A DNA stretch of 25,875 nt, taken from assembly GCA_002269645.1 (NCBI GenBank), contig NIVC01002083.1:1-25875 (forward strand), written 5' to 3'. Positions 9,870 through 19,947 of this stretch are shown piece after piece. Each line of letters begins with the position of its first letter. Positions within the stretch are counted from its first letter, which is position 1. A model generated the notes under the pieces. It was not told the origin of the DNA and did no database searches. It saw nothing but the letters and a program-made list of their open reading frames with translations. Made by a program: the position numbers and the translations under genes. Origin of the DNA: Macrostomum lignano (Eukaryota).

Positions 9870-10176
9870 ATGGAGCCAGCCAAGTATAACTTTATTTTTG
9901 GTGGTATATTTGGTGCATCAAGTCATCAGAAAGCTCCAAATTTCTCACAATCACCACAAGCTGGACAACGAAGTTCACCTGGCATTCCTACATTCACTCG
10001 TCATGTTTCTGTATCATCAAATTTTAAGTTTGATCAAGGTCAAAAAACAGAAACAAGTAGTCCATTGTCTCCAGGAGCACTCCCTCTCCCTAGTTATGGT
10101 CATGGATCTACTAGTCATTGCTCTACCCAATCTACTGCAATGAAGGATGGCCCACGAAGACCAACAGCAAAGCTAT
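9870..10176 (+). CDS. MAP2K7: MAP2K7 (MKK7) exon 1: Ser/Pro-rich N-terminal regulatory region
   Basis: ATG at 9870 and phase-1 donor T|GTAAGA at 10177. Splicing to 11924 is in frame and creates RRPTAKLSLPL, resembling the MKK7 JNK-docking site RPRPTLQLPL. Confidence 0.75.
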
Positions 10177-10429
10177 GTAAGATCATTATATATTTTTTAT
10201 ATTATTTTTAATAAAACAATATTAAAGCCTAGTACTTATTTTTAATTGTTTTTACAATATTTTAAATGACTATATTATTTATAATCAGGAAGGTGTTTTG
10301 TATGCCTGAATTTTCTGGCATGCATTACATGCATGCCCAACACCCATCCAACCTGTCCAAACCAGACGGGTAAAATGGCCGTTGGTTAAGATAAGTCGCA
10401 AAATCAAAAATGTGAAAACCGAAAAATTG

Positions 10430-10525
10430 GGAAAAGAAAGAAAGGAGAGAGGAGAGAGAGAATGAGAGAGAGAGGGAAAAGAGGAGAGAGCAAGAGAAAG
10501 GAAAGAAGAGAAACAGGCAAGAAAA
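10430..10525. repeat. GA-rich polypurine low-complexity tract in MKK7 intron 1
   Basis: Almost exclusively A/G on the + strand. Confidence 0.8.
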
Positions 10526-10545
10526 GTGATATACAAAGTGAAAAT

Positions 10546-10972
10546 TAAGTCGCAATCAGGAGGAACTAAGTCGCAATCAAGAACTAAGTCGCAATCGGGA
10601 GGAACTAAGACTCAATCAAGAAGAACTAAATCACAATCGAGAGGAACTAAGTTGCAATCAGGAAGAACTAAGTTGCAATCAGGAGGAACTAAGTTGCAAT
10701 CAGGAGGAACTAAGTCGCAATCAGGAAGAACTAAGTCGCAATCAGGAGGAACTAAGTCGCAATCAGGAGGAACTAAGTTGCAATCAGGAAGAACTAAGTC
10801 GCAATCAGGAGGAACTAAGTTGCAATCAGGAAGAACTAAGTCGCAATCAGGAGGAACTACAAATCGCAATCAAGAGGAACTAAGTTGCAATCAAGAAGAA
10901 CTAAGTCGCAATCGGGAGGAACTAAGTTGCAATCAGGAAGAACTAAGTCGCAATCAAGAGGAACTAAGTCAC
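10546..10972. repeat. 21-bp tandem repeat (TCGCAATCAGGAGGAACTAAG), about 20 copies, MKK7 intron 1
   Basis: Read directly. The unit is a multiple of 3, which explains the TKSQSGG and PPDCDLV ORFs. Confidence 0.96.
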
Positions 10973-11923
10973 ACTGGATAGGTGAAATTTTGAGGTTGGG
11001 CATGTATGATGCATTAGCCCTACATAATTCATTGGTGTGCATATTTGGGTGCAAAATTATTGCTTTTTAAAAATAACATAGATAAGAAATATTTTTAATA
11101 TGTCATTAGCAAGTTTTTTATATTGTGAAATATTTTTAACAAACAATAAAGCTAATCCTTAATTTTATGACCATAAGCCTAAATTAATTTTGAATAAGTA
11201 TGATAATCTTAAAACCCAAATTTATATATTCTAAGTACTATGAAGTTTGTTAAATAAAGCTAAAGTTTTTTCCTTGTAAAATTTTTTAATTCCTATTTTT
11301 TTCTTTGTTATTTTTTGCTAGTGCATTTCCTAAAACTTATTTAATAGATAACTAAGCATTGCATTCCTCTTATTAAACTATGCAAGAAGTATTTATTTTT
11401 CATAATAATTTTTATATTGTCTTTAAATTCAATAAGATTATAATCTAAAACTGATAGTGAGTGGTGTTGGCATTCTAAGTAGTTCAATATGATTGTTTCA
11501 CACAATTTTCAATTTTATAGAGAAAAGTTTGTTATTCTTAATTTTTTTGCTCTTTTTAGAATTCAAATGAGTATGAAAACTTCTTGTCATTTTCTTAGGG
11601 CATGTATATCAATTATAAGGTCATTTAACAGCTTTTAAGACAAGAGTAGTAGCAATGTTAGGTAGTTTTGGGTATTTTTCATTTGGGTAAATATTTGTTG
11701 GCTTCTTTTACAATGACAAAACATTACAGATAACTGATTAAAGTGATTGCTTTAAATAAAATTGTTTTAAACAAGAAAAAAGAAACAAAATATGATTTCT
11801 TGTTCTTTTTTGACAATTAAGAAATGAATGTCAGGTATCAAAATACTTACTTTCCTATATGTCATCAAATTTCTATTTTGCTACAAAATTTCTAAAAAAT
11901 GGCTATAATTAATTTTTAAACAG

Positions 11924-12056
11924 CTCTGCCACTGCGCACTGGATCTGAACCACCACTTGGTCGACGCCGCATGCTTCCCGTGCCAGTGTCCATCGACCTG
12001 CCGCAGCAGCAGTACACGCCGTCGCCCTCATCTGCTCATTCTGTACAATTTAGTCC
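11924..12056 (+). CDS. MAP2K7: MAP2K7 exon 2 (133 nt, phase 1-2), not in the ORF track
   Basis: GC-rich island bounded by TTTTTAAACAG and GTGAGT. Frame LPLRTGSEPPLGRRRMLPVPVSIDL...VQFSP contains a second basic-hydrophobic D-site-like motif and fits the phases on both sides. Confidence 0.82.
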
Positions 12057-12114
12057 GTGAGTTACTTTCACTATTTCCTTTTCTAAGTGATAAATTAGAT
12101 TAAAGGGAGTGAAT

Positions 12115-12792
12115 GAGAGAGTGAGATAAGAGCGATGCAGAGAGTGAGATAAGAGCGATGCAGAGAGTGAGATAAGAGTGACGCTGAGAGTGAGATAAGA
12201 TCGATGCAGAGAGTGAGATAAGATTGACGCAGAGAGTGAGATAAGAGCGATGCAGAGAGTGAGATAAGAGCGATGCAGAGAGTGAGATAAGAGCGATGCA
12301 GAGAGTGAGATAAGAGCGATGCAGAGAGTGAGATAAGATTGACGCTGAGAGTGAGATAAGAGCGATGCAGAGAGTGAGATAAGAGCGATGCAGAGAGTGA
12401 GATAAGAGCGATGCAGAGAGTGAGATAAGATCGATGCAGAGAGTGAGATAAGAGCGATGCAGAGAGAGAGATAAGAGCGATGCAGAGAGTGAGATAAGAG
12501 CGATGCAGAGAGAGAGATAAGAGCGATGCAGAGAGTGAGATAAGAGCGATGCAGAGAGAGAGATAAGAGCGATGCAGAGAGTGAGATAAGAACGATGCAG
12601 AGAGTGAGATAAGAGCGATGCAGAGAGTGAGATAAGAGTGACGCTGAGAGTGAGATAAGAGCGATGCAGAGGGTGAGATAAGAACGACGCTGAGAGTGAG
12701 ATAAGATCGATGCAGAGAGTGAGATAAGATCGATGCAGAGAGTGAGATAAAAGTGACGCTGAGAGTGAGATAAGAGCGATGAAGAGAGATAA
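12115..12792. repeat. 23-bp purine-rich tandem repeat (GAGAGTGAGATAAGAGCGATGCA), about 29 copies, MKK7 intron 2
   Basis: Read directly. It is the source of the SLHRSYLTLCIAL minus-strand ORFs. Confidence 0.96.
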
Positions 12793-13377
12793 TCGAGTGT
12801 ACTGAACTCATCTGGCTTGCATGAAGTCTCAGGCAACAGTTGAGAAGCTGACTTATTCAAGCGTCGCTAGTACTTAACTTGAGAATATAAAAATAGTCTC
12901 AATCAGGAAAGTCTTAGTACGGCCTCGCAATAATTAGATTCCACGATGATGATGATAAAACAGTAAGGCATCCCTGCTCGGTAGGGGTTGCCGTGAGAGA
13001 TGGAAAAGGGGGTGAGACTTTGCGATTAGGCCTCAAGGCTGAAGCCTCGGTCACGCCCCCCCCTCTCAGCTAGGTTTGCAATTAGGCAGCTGCAGGAGGG
13101 GTACGTGGGGGGGAGAAATTAATACCCTGCTAGTGCGTTTATCCTCCCGAGTTGCATAGCGCGTGACGAGAGCCAGGCTCTTAGTGCGCGACTGATTACG
13201 GTGCCTCAGGGTCTCTTGCCTTCGAGTCAGTATCGATGCTGCCACGGCTCCTGTTGAGATGCACTTTCTCTGAATGACGCCTCGCCTCTCTCCGTGTCTC
13301 ATGCCTCGCGTATTGTATAGTGCATTCTAACTGGCTTTGTATTGGTTTAAAATCTTCAATTCTGATTTTTGTGTTCA

Positions 13378-14325
13378 GGTCTTTGTTCAGCTACCATTGC
13401 TATTACCACCGGGTCTTTGTTCAGCTACCATTGCTAATCTTCGGGTCTTTGTTCAGCTACCATTGCTATTACCACCGGGTCTTTGTTCAGCTACCATTCC
13501 TATCACCACCGGGTCTTTGTTCAGCTACCATTGCTAATCTTCGGGTCTTTGTTCAGCTACCATTGCTTTGACCACTGGGTCTTGTTCAGCTACCATTGCT
13601 ATCACCACCGGGTCTTTGTTCAGCTACCATTGCTATCACCACTGGGTCTTGTTCAGCTACCATTGCTATCACCACCGGGTCTTTGTTCAGCTACCATTGC
13701 TATCACCACCGGGTCTTTGTTCAGCTACCACTGCTAATCTTCGGGTCTTTGTTCAGCTACCATTGCTTTGACCACTGGGTCTTGTTCAGCTACCATTGCT
13801 ATCACCACCGGGTCTTTGTTCAGCTACCATTGCTATCACCACTGGGTCTTGTTCAGCTACCATTGCTATCACCACCGGGTCTTTGTTCAGCTACCATTGC
13901 TATCACCACCGGGTCTTTGTTCAGCTACCACTGCTAATCTTCGGGTCTTTGTTCAGCTACCATTGCTTTGACCACTGGGTCTTGTTCAGCTACCATTGCT
14001 ATCACCACCGGGTCTTTGTTCAGCTACCATTGCTATCACCACTGGGTCTTGTTCAGCTACCATTGCTATCACCACCGGGTCTTTGTTCAGGTACCATTGC
14101 TATCACCACCGGGTCTTTGTTCAGCTACTATTGCTATCACCACCGGGTCTTTGTTCAGCTACTATTGCTATCACCACTGGGTCTTTGTTCAGCTACCATT
14201 GCTATCACCACCGGGTCTTTGTTCAGCTACTATTGCTATCACCACTGGGTCTTTGTTCAGGTACCATTGCTATCATCGAGTCTTTATTCAGCTACCATTG
14301 CTATCACCATTGGGTCTTTGTTCTG
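13378..14325. repeat. 32-34-bp tandem repeat (GGGTCTTTGTTCAGCTACCATTGCTATCACCACC), about 28 copies, with a 200-bp six-monomer higher-order unit
   Basis: Monomer lengths 33+34+33+34+34+32 = 200. Matching ORF starts occur at 13568, 13768 and 13968. Confidence 0.96.
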
Positions 14326-14441
14326 CTCAGCTTCACTGGGTCGTCGTTCAACAAACAGTCTTTATTAAGCTACTAACTCTCTCTCCATGTCTTTGTTATT
14401 AATTTCGCATCTATCGCCGCCAACCCACGCTCAACCTGCAG

Positions 14442-14868
14442 AGAGGACCAGGTGCACCGGCGCTACGAGGAGATGCTGAAGAAGAGCGGCCAGCTGACCC
14501 TTGACCCCGGCGGGCCCACCATCAGCTGCCAGCGTGAGGACATCCAGCTGGAATGCGAGCTTGGCCAGGGCATCTGCGGCGTGGTGTCGCGGGCCAGGCT
14601 GAAGCAGTGCGGCCGCCAGATGGCCGTGAAGGTGATGCGGCGGACGGGCAATAATGCAGAGGAGAACAAGCGAGTGATCATGGACCTGGAGGTGGTGACC
14701 AAGTGTCACGATTGCCGGCACATTGTTCGCTGCTTCGGCGTGTTCATATTCCCGTCGGAGGTGTGGGTCTGCATGGAGCTGATGGCCACCTGCTTAGACC
14801 GGCTGATGCGGCATGCCGGAGCGCTGCCTGAGAGGATTCTGGGCAAAATTGTGGTGCCAATTCTCAAG
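14442..14868 (+). CDS. MAP2K7: MAP2K7 exon 3: kinase N-lobe and hinge
   Basis: CTGCAG acceptor and AAG|GTGAGC donor. LGQGICGVV, MAVKVMRRTGNNAEENKRVIMDLEVVTKCHDCRHIVRCFG and MELMATCLDRL match the MKK7-specific GSGTCG, AVKQMRRSGNKEENKRILMDL, SHDCPYIVQCFG and MELMGTC. Confidence 0.95.
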
Positions 14869-14884
14869 GTGAGCTGCGGTTCTG

Positions 14885-15430
14885 TGGGATAATTGAGATA
14901 GGATTTTTCTGTGACTGCCGTTTGGGATTTGGGATAACTGAGATGGGATTTTTCTGTGGCTGTCGTTTGGGATTTGGGTAACTGAGATGGGATTTTTCTG
15001 TGGCTGTCGTTTGGGATTTGGGATAACTGAGATGGGATTTTTCTGTGACTGTCGTTTGGGATTTGAGATAACTGAGATGGGATTTTTCTGTGACTGCCAT
15101 TTGGGATTTGGGTAACTGAGATGGGATTTTTCTGTAACTGTCTTTTGGATTTGGGATAACTGAGATGGGATTTTTCTGTGACTATCATTTGGGATTTGGG
15201 ATAACTGAGATGGGATTTTTCAGTGACTGTCGTTTGGGATTTGGGATAACTGAGATGGGATTTTTCAGTGGCTGTTATTTGGGATTTGGCGATAATTGAG
15301 ATGGGATTTGAGGATAACTGATATGAGATTTTTCTGTGACTGTCGTTTGGGATTTGTGGCAACTGAGGTGGGCTTTGGGATAATGAGATGAGATGAGATG
15401 GGATTTTTTCAGGGACTGTTATTTGGGATT
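14885..15430. repeat. 45-bp tandem repeat (GGGATTTGGGATAACTGAGATGGGATTTTTCTGTGACTGTCGTTT), about 12 copies, MKK7 intron 3
   Basis: Read directly, with a 45-bp period between 14924 and 14969. Confidence 0.95.
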
Positions 15431-15660
15431 TAGGATAACTGACTTAATACTTTCAGCGATATGGTAGCCAGTACTGTACTATTTAGACCTACTAATTTTA
15501 ACCCGTTGCTCCTTCAGCTCACACAAGCAACTCAATGAGCTTTTAGGGAAGCCTTCATGTGTTTTTATCTACTAGCTAATGCATTTCCCAGATCTCCAGA
15601 TATCCCTAGAAGCTGTAGAAATCCTCTCACATGATTAAGCTATTTTCTCACCGCCTGCAG

Positions 15661-16040
15661 GCTCTGCACTACCTGAAGGAGCGGCACAATATCATCCACC
15701 GCGACGTGAAGCCGTCCAACATGCTGCTAAGCGAATCTGGCCGAGTGAAACTCTGCGACTTTGGCATCTCCGGCCTGCTGGAGGACTCGCGGGCCAAGAC
15801 TCGAACCGCCGGCTGCACGGCCTACCTGTCGCCCGAGCGGATCACTCTGGCCGCGCCCTACGATATCCGGTCGGACGTTTGGTCCCTGGGCATCAGCCTG
15901 GTGGAGCTGGCCACCGGCCGGCACCCGCTGGCCGACTGCGCCACCGAGATGGAGATGCTCACAAGGATTGTTGACGAGCCGCCGCCGCAGCTGCCTCTGA
16001 CCGGATTTACCGATCATTTTCGAGAGTTTGTAGCTCGCTG
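15661..16040 (+). CDS. MAP2K7: MAP2K7 exon 4: catalytic loop and activation segment
   Basis: [36 protein letters not shown] (MKK7 S-x-A-K-T phospho-motif) and [20 protein letters not shown]. Phase-0 CAG acceptor at 15660 and phase-2 GTGAGT donor at 16041. Confidence 0.96.
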
Positions 16041-16080
16041 GTGAGTGCGCGTTTCCCTGCTTACATCTTGAATACGCGAC

Positions 16081-16390
16081 AAGTACGCAGGAACCTAAGT
16101 ACTCATGTACCTAAGTACGCATGTACCTAAGTACGCATGTACCTAAGTACGCATGAACCTAAGTACGCATGAACCTAAGTACTCATATACCTAAGTACGC
16201 ATGTACCTAAGTACGCATGTACCTAAGTACGCATGTACCTAAGTACGCATGTACCTAAGTACGCATGTACCTAAGTATGCATCAATTCAAGTACGCGTGG
16301 ACCTAAGTAAGCATGTACCTAAGTACGCATGTACCTAGGTACGCATGCACCTAAGTATGTACCTTAGTAATCACTGCCTAAGTACGCATT
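16081..16390. repeat. 16-bp tandem repeat (CCTAAGTACGCATGTA), roughly 18 copies, degenerating to about 16570, MKK7 intron 4
   Basis: Read directly. Confidence 0.93.
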
Positions 16391-17314
16391 GTCTCTTCAA
16401 ATGCGCCTGTACTTCTTAGTACACAGGTACCTGAGTACCAATTACGTTTAGTACATAAGCCATTTACCTAAGTAGGATTGCGAATTTGCAGTACGCGTGT
16501 ACCTCTAAAAAATATACAAGGCTTATTTTAATCAAGTACTTCTTAGCACTCTATTGAGTACGCGTGTACTTTCTAAACGATTGTAATTTTTCTCCTCGGT
16601 CGGGTCTTGTTTCCCATTAATATTGCGGATACTCGCACAGCTAATCCAGAGCTCCCGCCCCGCTAATTCTTAAGCTTCTTAGGCTCGAATAGAAAAAACA
16701 GAAGCATTTTTTGTCTCTATCAAAATCGCAGGATACTCGAGTCAGTCTATTTTTAGCCTGTCTAAACCTTCTGCCTGTTCTGCTGCACTGCAGTTTTGAT
16801 TTGGAATTTCCCCGGAGCAAACCATGAGGAACATTCCTGACTTTCCTGTCCGTTCGCGAATCTCAAACCTCAATTTTCAGCCCTTTGACTTGCACTGCCG
16901 TTTTTTTAAGCACAAAGTCGACCAGCTTCTCTTTTTGGCTCTCTTTTTTTTGCTTCCTGTGTGAACAGTAATTGCTCTTATTAGTCCTCAAGTGCTTGTC
17001 GAGGACGGCCCTGACTTTATTTTCTTCTAGACGGCTCTAAAATCGTCAAAGAGTTGCCTAAGAATCAATTTGAGGCGTTTCGATTGTCTGCGACTCGGAA
17101 ACGACTCTGGGATCGTAGAGACACTGAAGAATCACTGAATTTGAATCGCATATTTTGCATCTATAACACCTCTATTTAGTCTACTGGAGTTGGTAGAAAG
17201 TTGACAGATAACACAACGTCTCTTGGGACGACTTTTTTGCGACTTAACGGTCGCCTCTCCGTTGCGTAGAGTCAGTAGCAAGTTGTTTGCAACGACTTTT
17301 TAGCGACTCCTGTT

Positions 17315-17640
17315 AAATTGGCGCGAAAGTATAATCAGTGGCGCTAAATTGACGCCAGAATATCATCTTCGGCGCTAAATTGGCGCCAAAGTCTCCTCCG
17401 CAGCGCAAAATTGGCGCCAAAATATTATTTGCGGCCCTAAATTAGCCATAAAGTCTGAAATTGGCGCTAAAATCTCATCCTTGGCGCTAAATTAGCGCCA
17501 AAAAATCTGCGGCGCTAAAGCCATAAATTGTCGCCAAAATATCATCTGCTGTGCTAAATTGGCCCTAAAGTCTGAAATTGGCGCCAAAGTCTCATCCTCG
17601 GCGCTAAATTGGCGCCAAATTATCATCCGCATCGCTAAGA
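17315..17640. repeat. Degenerate repeat block built on AAATTGGCGCCAAA / GGCGCTAAA motifs, possibly a transposon (MITE) subterminal region
   Basis: More than a dozen variants of the palindromic core TTGGCGCCAA at irregular spacing. No terminal inverted repeats were found. Confidence 0.65.
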
Positions 17641-17792
17641 TTTTTCCATCAATGGGGCTTTTGTTACCCAAGCGATTTTAATTCTTTCATTTATTTTGTA
17701 CAAGTATTTCGTTCATTTTTTTATGCTAGGTTATAATTTTTTCGATACATATCGGTATATTTTCCCATTCGCAAAAAATAATCCTTTCACAG

Positions 17793-18306
17793 CCTAACCA
17801 AGGACGTGAGTCTGCGGCCGAAGTACCAGCGGCTGCTCGGCCACGACTTCATCAAATATCACGAGCAGACTCAGACGGATCTGGCCGACTGGCTGGCCGA
17901 GGTTCGAATCCGCTGTCCGGGCCTGGCCTCGCCAAGCGGAAGCACCGGCGGTGGAAGCAGTTCCGGAAGTAGCGGAGCCGGAAGTGCCGCCGGAGTAGCG
18001 GCGGCTGGAGGTGCGGCTGCGGCTGCCCCGGCGGCGGCGGCGGCGGCTACAGCGGCCGGGAGTTCGGCCTCCAGCAGCGCGGCTTTCCGTCGCCATCGTC
18101 AGCTGTCTGCCGGGTCGCAGGGCTCGAGCTCGGGCTACGGCTCGGTGGACAACAGCTCGCCGTCCTCCCTGCAGAGCCGGTCGCCTAGCGCTCCGAAACC
18201 GGCTGGCTGTCAGCAGCACCAGCAGCTGCCGCAGCCTCCGCCTAGGCTTCATCACTCTCAGCAGGCTCAGTACTCTACGCCTGAGTCGCCTCTGCCGCCA
18301 TTTTAA
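17793..18306 (+). CDS. MAP2K7: MAP2K7 exon 5: kinase C-terminus, DVD-like segment and long low-complexity tail, stop TAA. Full protein 586 aa
   Basis: Acceptor TTTCACAG, and TG|C restores Cys in C-LTKDVSLRPKYQRLLGHDFI (human CLTKDHRKRPKYNKLLEHSFI). Total CDS length of 1761 nt is divisible by 3. Confidence 0.9.
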
Positions 18307-18337
18307 CCTGTTCTCTCAGCTGCTTGTTTACCGCTGT

Positions 18338-18683
18338 CTCAGCGGGGTTCGCGTTTGAGAGTTCAACTGGTTGTCAGATGGCGCCAAATCAGATTTGTCA
18401 GATTTGTCTAATGGCGCTAAATTATTTTTGAAATGGCGTCAAGTTGGATTTGTCAGATGGCGCCAAGTCGATTTGTCAGATGGCGACAAGTTGGATTTGT
18501 CAGATGGCGCCAAGTCAGATTTGTCAGATGGCGCCAAGTCAGATTTGTCAGATGGCGCCAATTTAGATTTGTCAGATAGAGCCAAGTTTAAAAAGGTCAG
18601 AAGGCGTCAGGTTAATTGTCAGAATTCAAAAGTTTGTGGGGCAATATTGCTTTATGAATGAAGATGTCGCGAACCCCGCTGAG
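18338..18683. mobile_element. Inverted-repeat-bounded (foldback/MITE-like) element 31 nt after the MKK7 stop, with internal 20-bp repeats (GATTTGTCAGATGGCGCCAA-like)
   Basis: Perfect 16-bp inverted repeat CTCAGCGGGGTTCGCG (18338-18353) / CGCGAACCCCGCTGAG (18668-18683) encloses about 11 degenerate 20-bp units. No target-site duplication was recognised. Confidence 0.5.
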
Positions 18684-19224
18684 CAGTGCTTTAGACTAGA
18701 GTCGTCTTCCCCCTTCACCCCGTTGTTTAAGTATGGATTTTTATTCAAGAATAATGCAAAGAAAAGGTCGACAAATGCTATTATTACTACTACTCTCATG
18801 TGTTGTAAGTAGGTCTTCGCGTGTATTCATAAGTTTATTAACATGTTGACAGCATATAAAAATTGTGATTTTGCTTAGCGCTGTAGTTTATGTGTAGTTT
18901 TGTTACCTGGTTAATAATAATTACTATTATACCAAGTGTTGTGCTTTAACAGTACATTTTTAGTGTCTCAGGCACGGCTCGGTTCTTTTGACACTCGAGT
19001 TTTAAATGAGGGTACATGAAGTCTTAAATGAACTTTGGCCCTTGCGGTTGCATTGGTCTGTTGCGATTTCATTTGAACTGAAGTTTTTTAGGCTTTTTTT
19101 CTGGAACATTGCACTGTTTTTGGCTGGTGTAATTATTTGAATTCGATTCGATTTTTAATGATAAGTGAATTATTTTATCCGTTAGCTTTTAGCTCCCTAT
19201 TTTGCGTACTTATTACTGTCATAT

Positions 19225-19947
19225 CCAATGTACACACCTGCCACCCACCCCAATGTACACCTGCCACCGACCCCAATGTACACACCCGCCCCACCCACCC
19301 CTAAAGTACACACCCGCTCCACCCCCAATGTACACACCCGCCCACCCCCCAATGTACACACCTGCCCCACCCACCCCTAAAGTACACACCCGTCCCACCC
19401 CTAATGTACACACCCGCTCCACCCCCAATGTACACACCGCCCACCCCCAATGTACACACCCACCCACCCCCCAATGTACACACCCGCCCACCCCCCAATG
19501 TACACACCTGCCCCACCCACCCCTAAAGTACACACCCGTCCCACCCCTAATGTACACACCCGCTCCACCCCCAATGTACACACCCGCCCACCCCCAATGT
19601 ACACACCCACCCACCCCCCAATGTACACACCCGCCCACCCCCCAATGTACACACCTGCCCCACCCACCCCTAAAGTACACACCCGTCCCACCCCTAATGT
19701 ACACACCCGCTCCACCCCCAATGTACACACCCGCCCACCCCCCAATGTACACACCCGCCCACCCCCCAATGTACACACCCGCCCCACCCACCCACCCCCA
19801 ATGTACACACCCGCCCACCCCCCAATGTACACACCCGCCCCACCCCCAATGTACACACCCACCCACCCCCCAATGTACACACCCGCCCACCCCCCAATGT
19901 ACACACCCGCCCCACCCCCAATGTACACACCTGCCCCACCCACCCCA
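19225..19947. repeat. About 24-bp C-rich minisatellite (ATGTACACACCCGCCCACCCCCCA), about 30 copies, with a 146-147-bp higher-order unit
   Basis: Read directly. The variant CTAAAGTA recurs at 19377, 19523 and 19670. Confidence 0.95.

Noticed and set aside
9888-9905. FxFG-like motif (NFIFGG) at the MKK7 N-terminus
   Set aside because: A single occurrence in an AT-rich exon is not meaningful, because nucleoporin FG function needs many repeats.
10526-11070. ORFs with TKSQSGG, NQEELSR or PPDCDLV repeats
   Set aside because: They are translations of a 21-bp intronic tandem repeat and stay open only because the unit is a multiple of 3.
12944-13045. ATGATGA...CTGA possible box C/D snoRNA in MKK7 intron 2
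   Set aside because: The C box is part of a short (GAT)n run, with no terminal stem or recognisable guide.
12036-14402. Long hydrophobic or Cys/His-rich ORFs (SLHRSYLTLCIAL; FSYHCYHHRVF)
   Set aside because: They lie wholly in the 23-bp and 33-bp arrays within MKK7 intron 2, are open in several frames, and show no domain or zinc-finger spacing.
14706-15362. Minus-strand ORFs with EKSHLSYPKSQ repeats
   Set aside because: They derive from the 45-bp intronic repeat and are antisense to the kinase exon.
15727-18358. Antisense and shifted ORFs over MKK7 exons 4 and 5
   Set aside because: These are also shadow ORFs of GC-rich exons.
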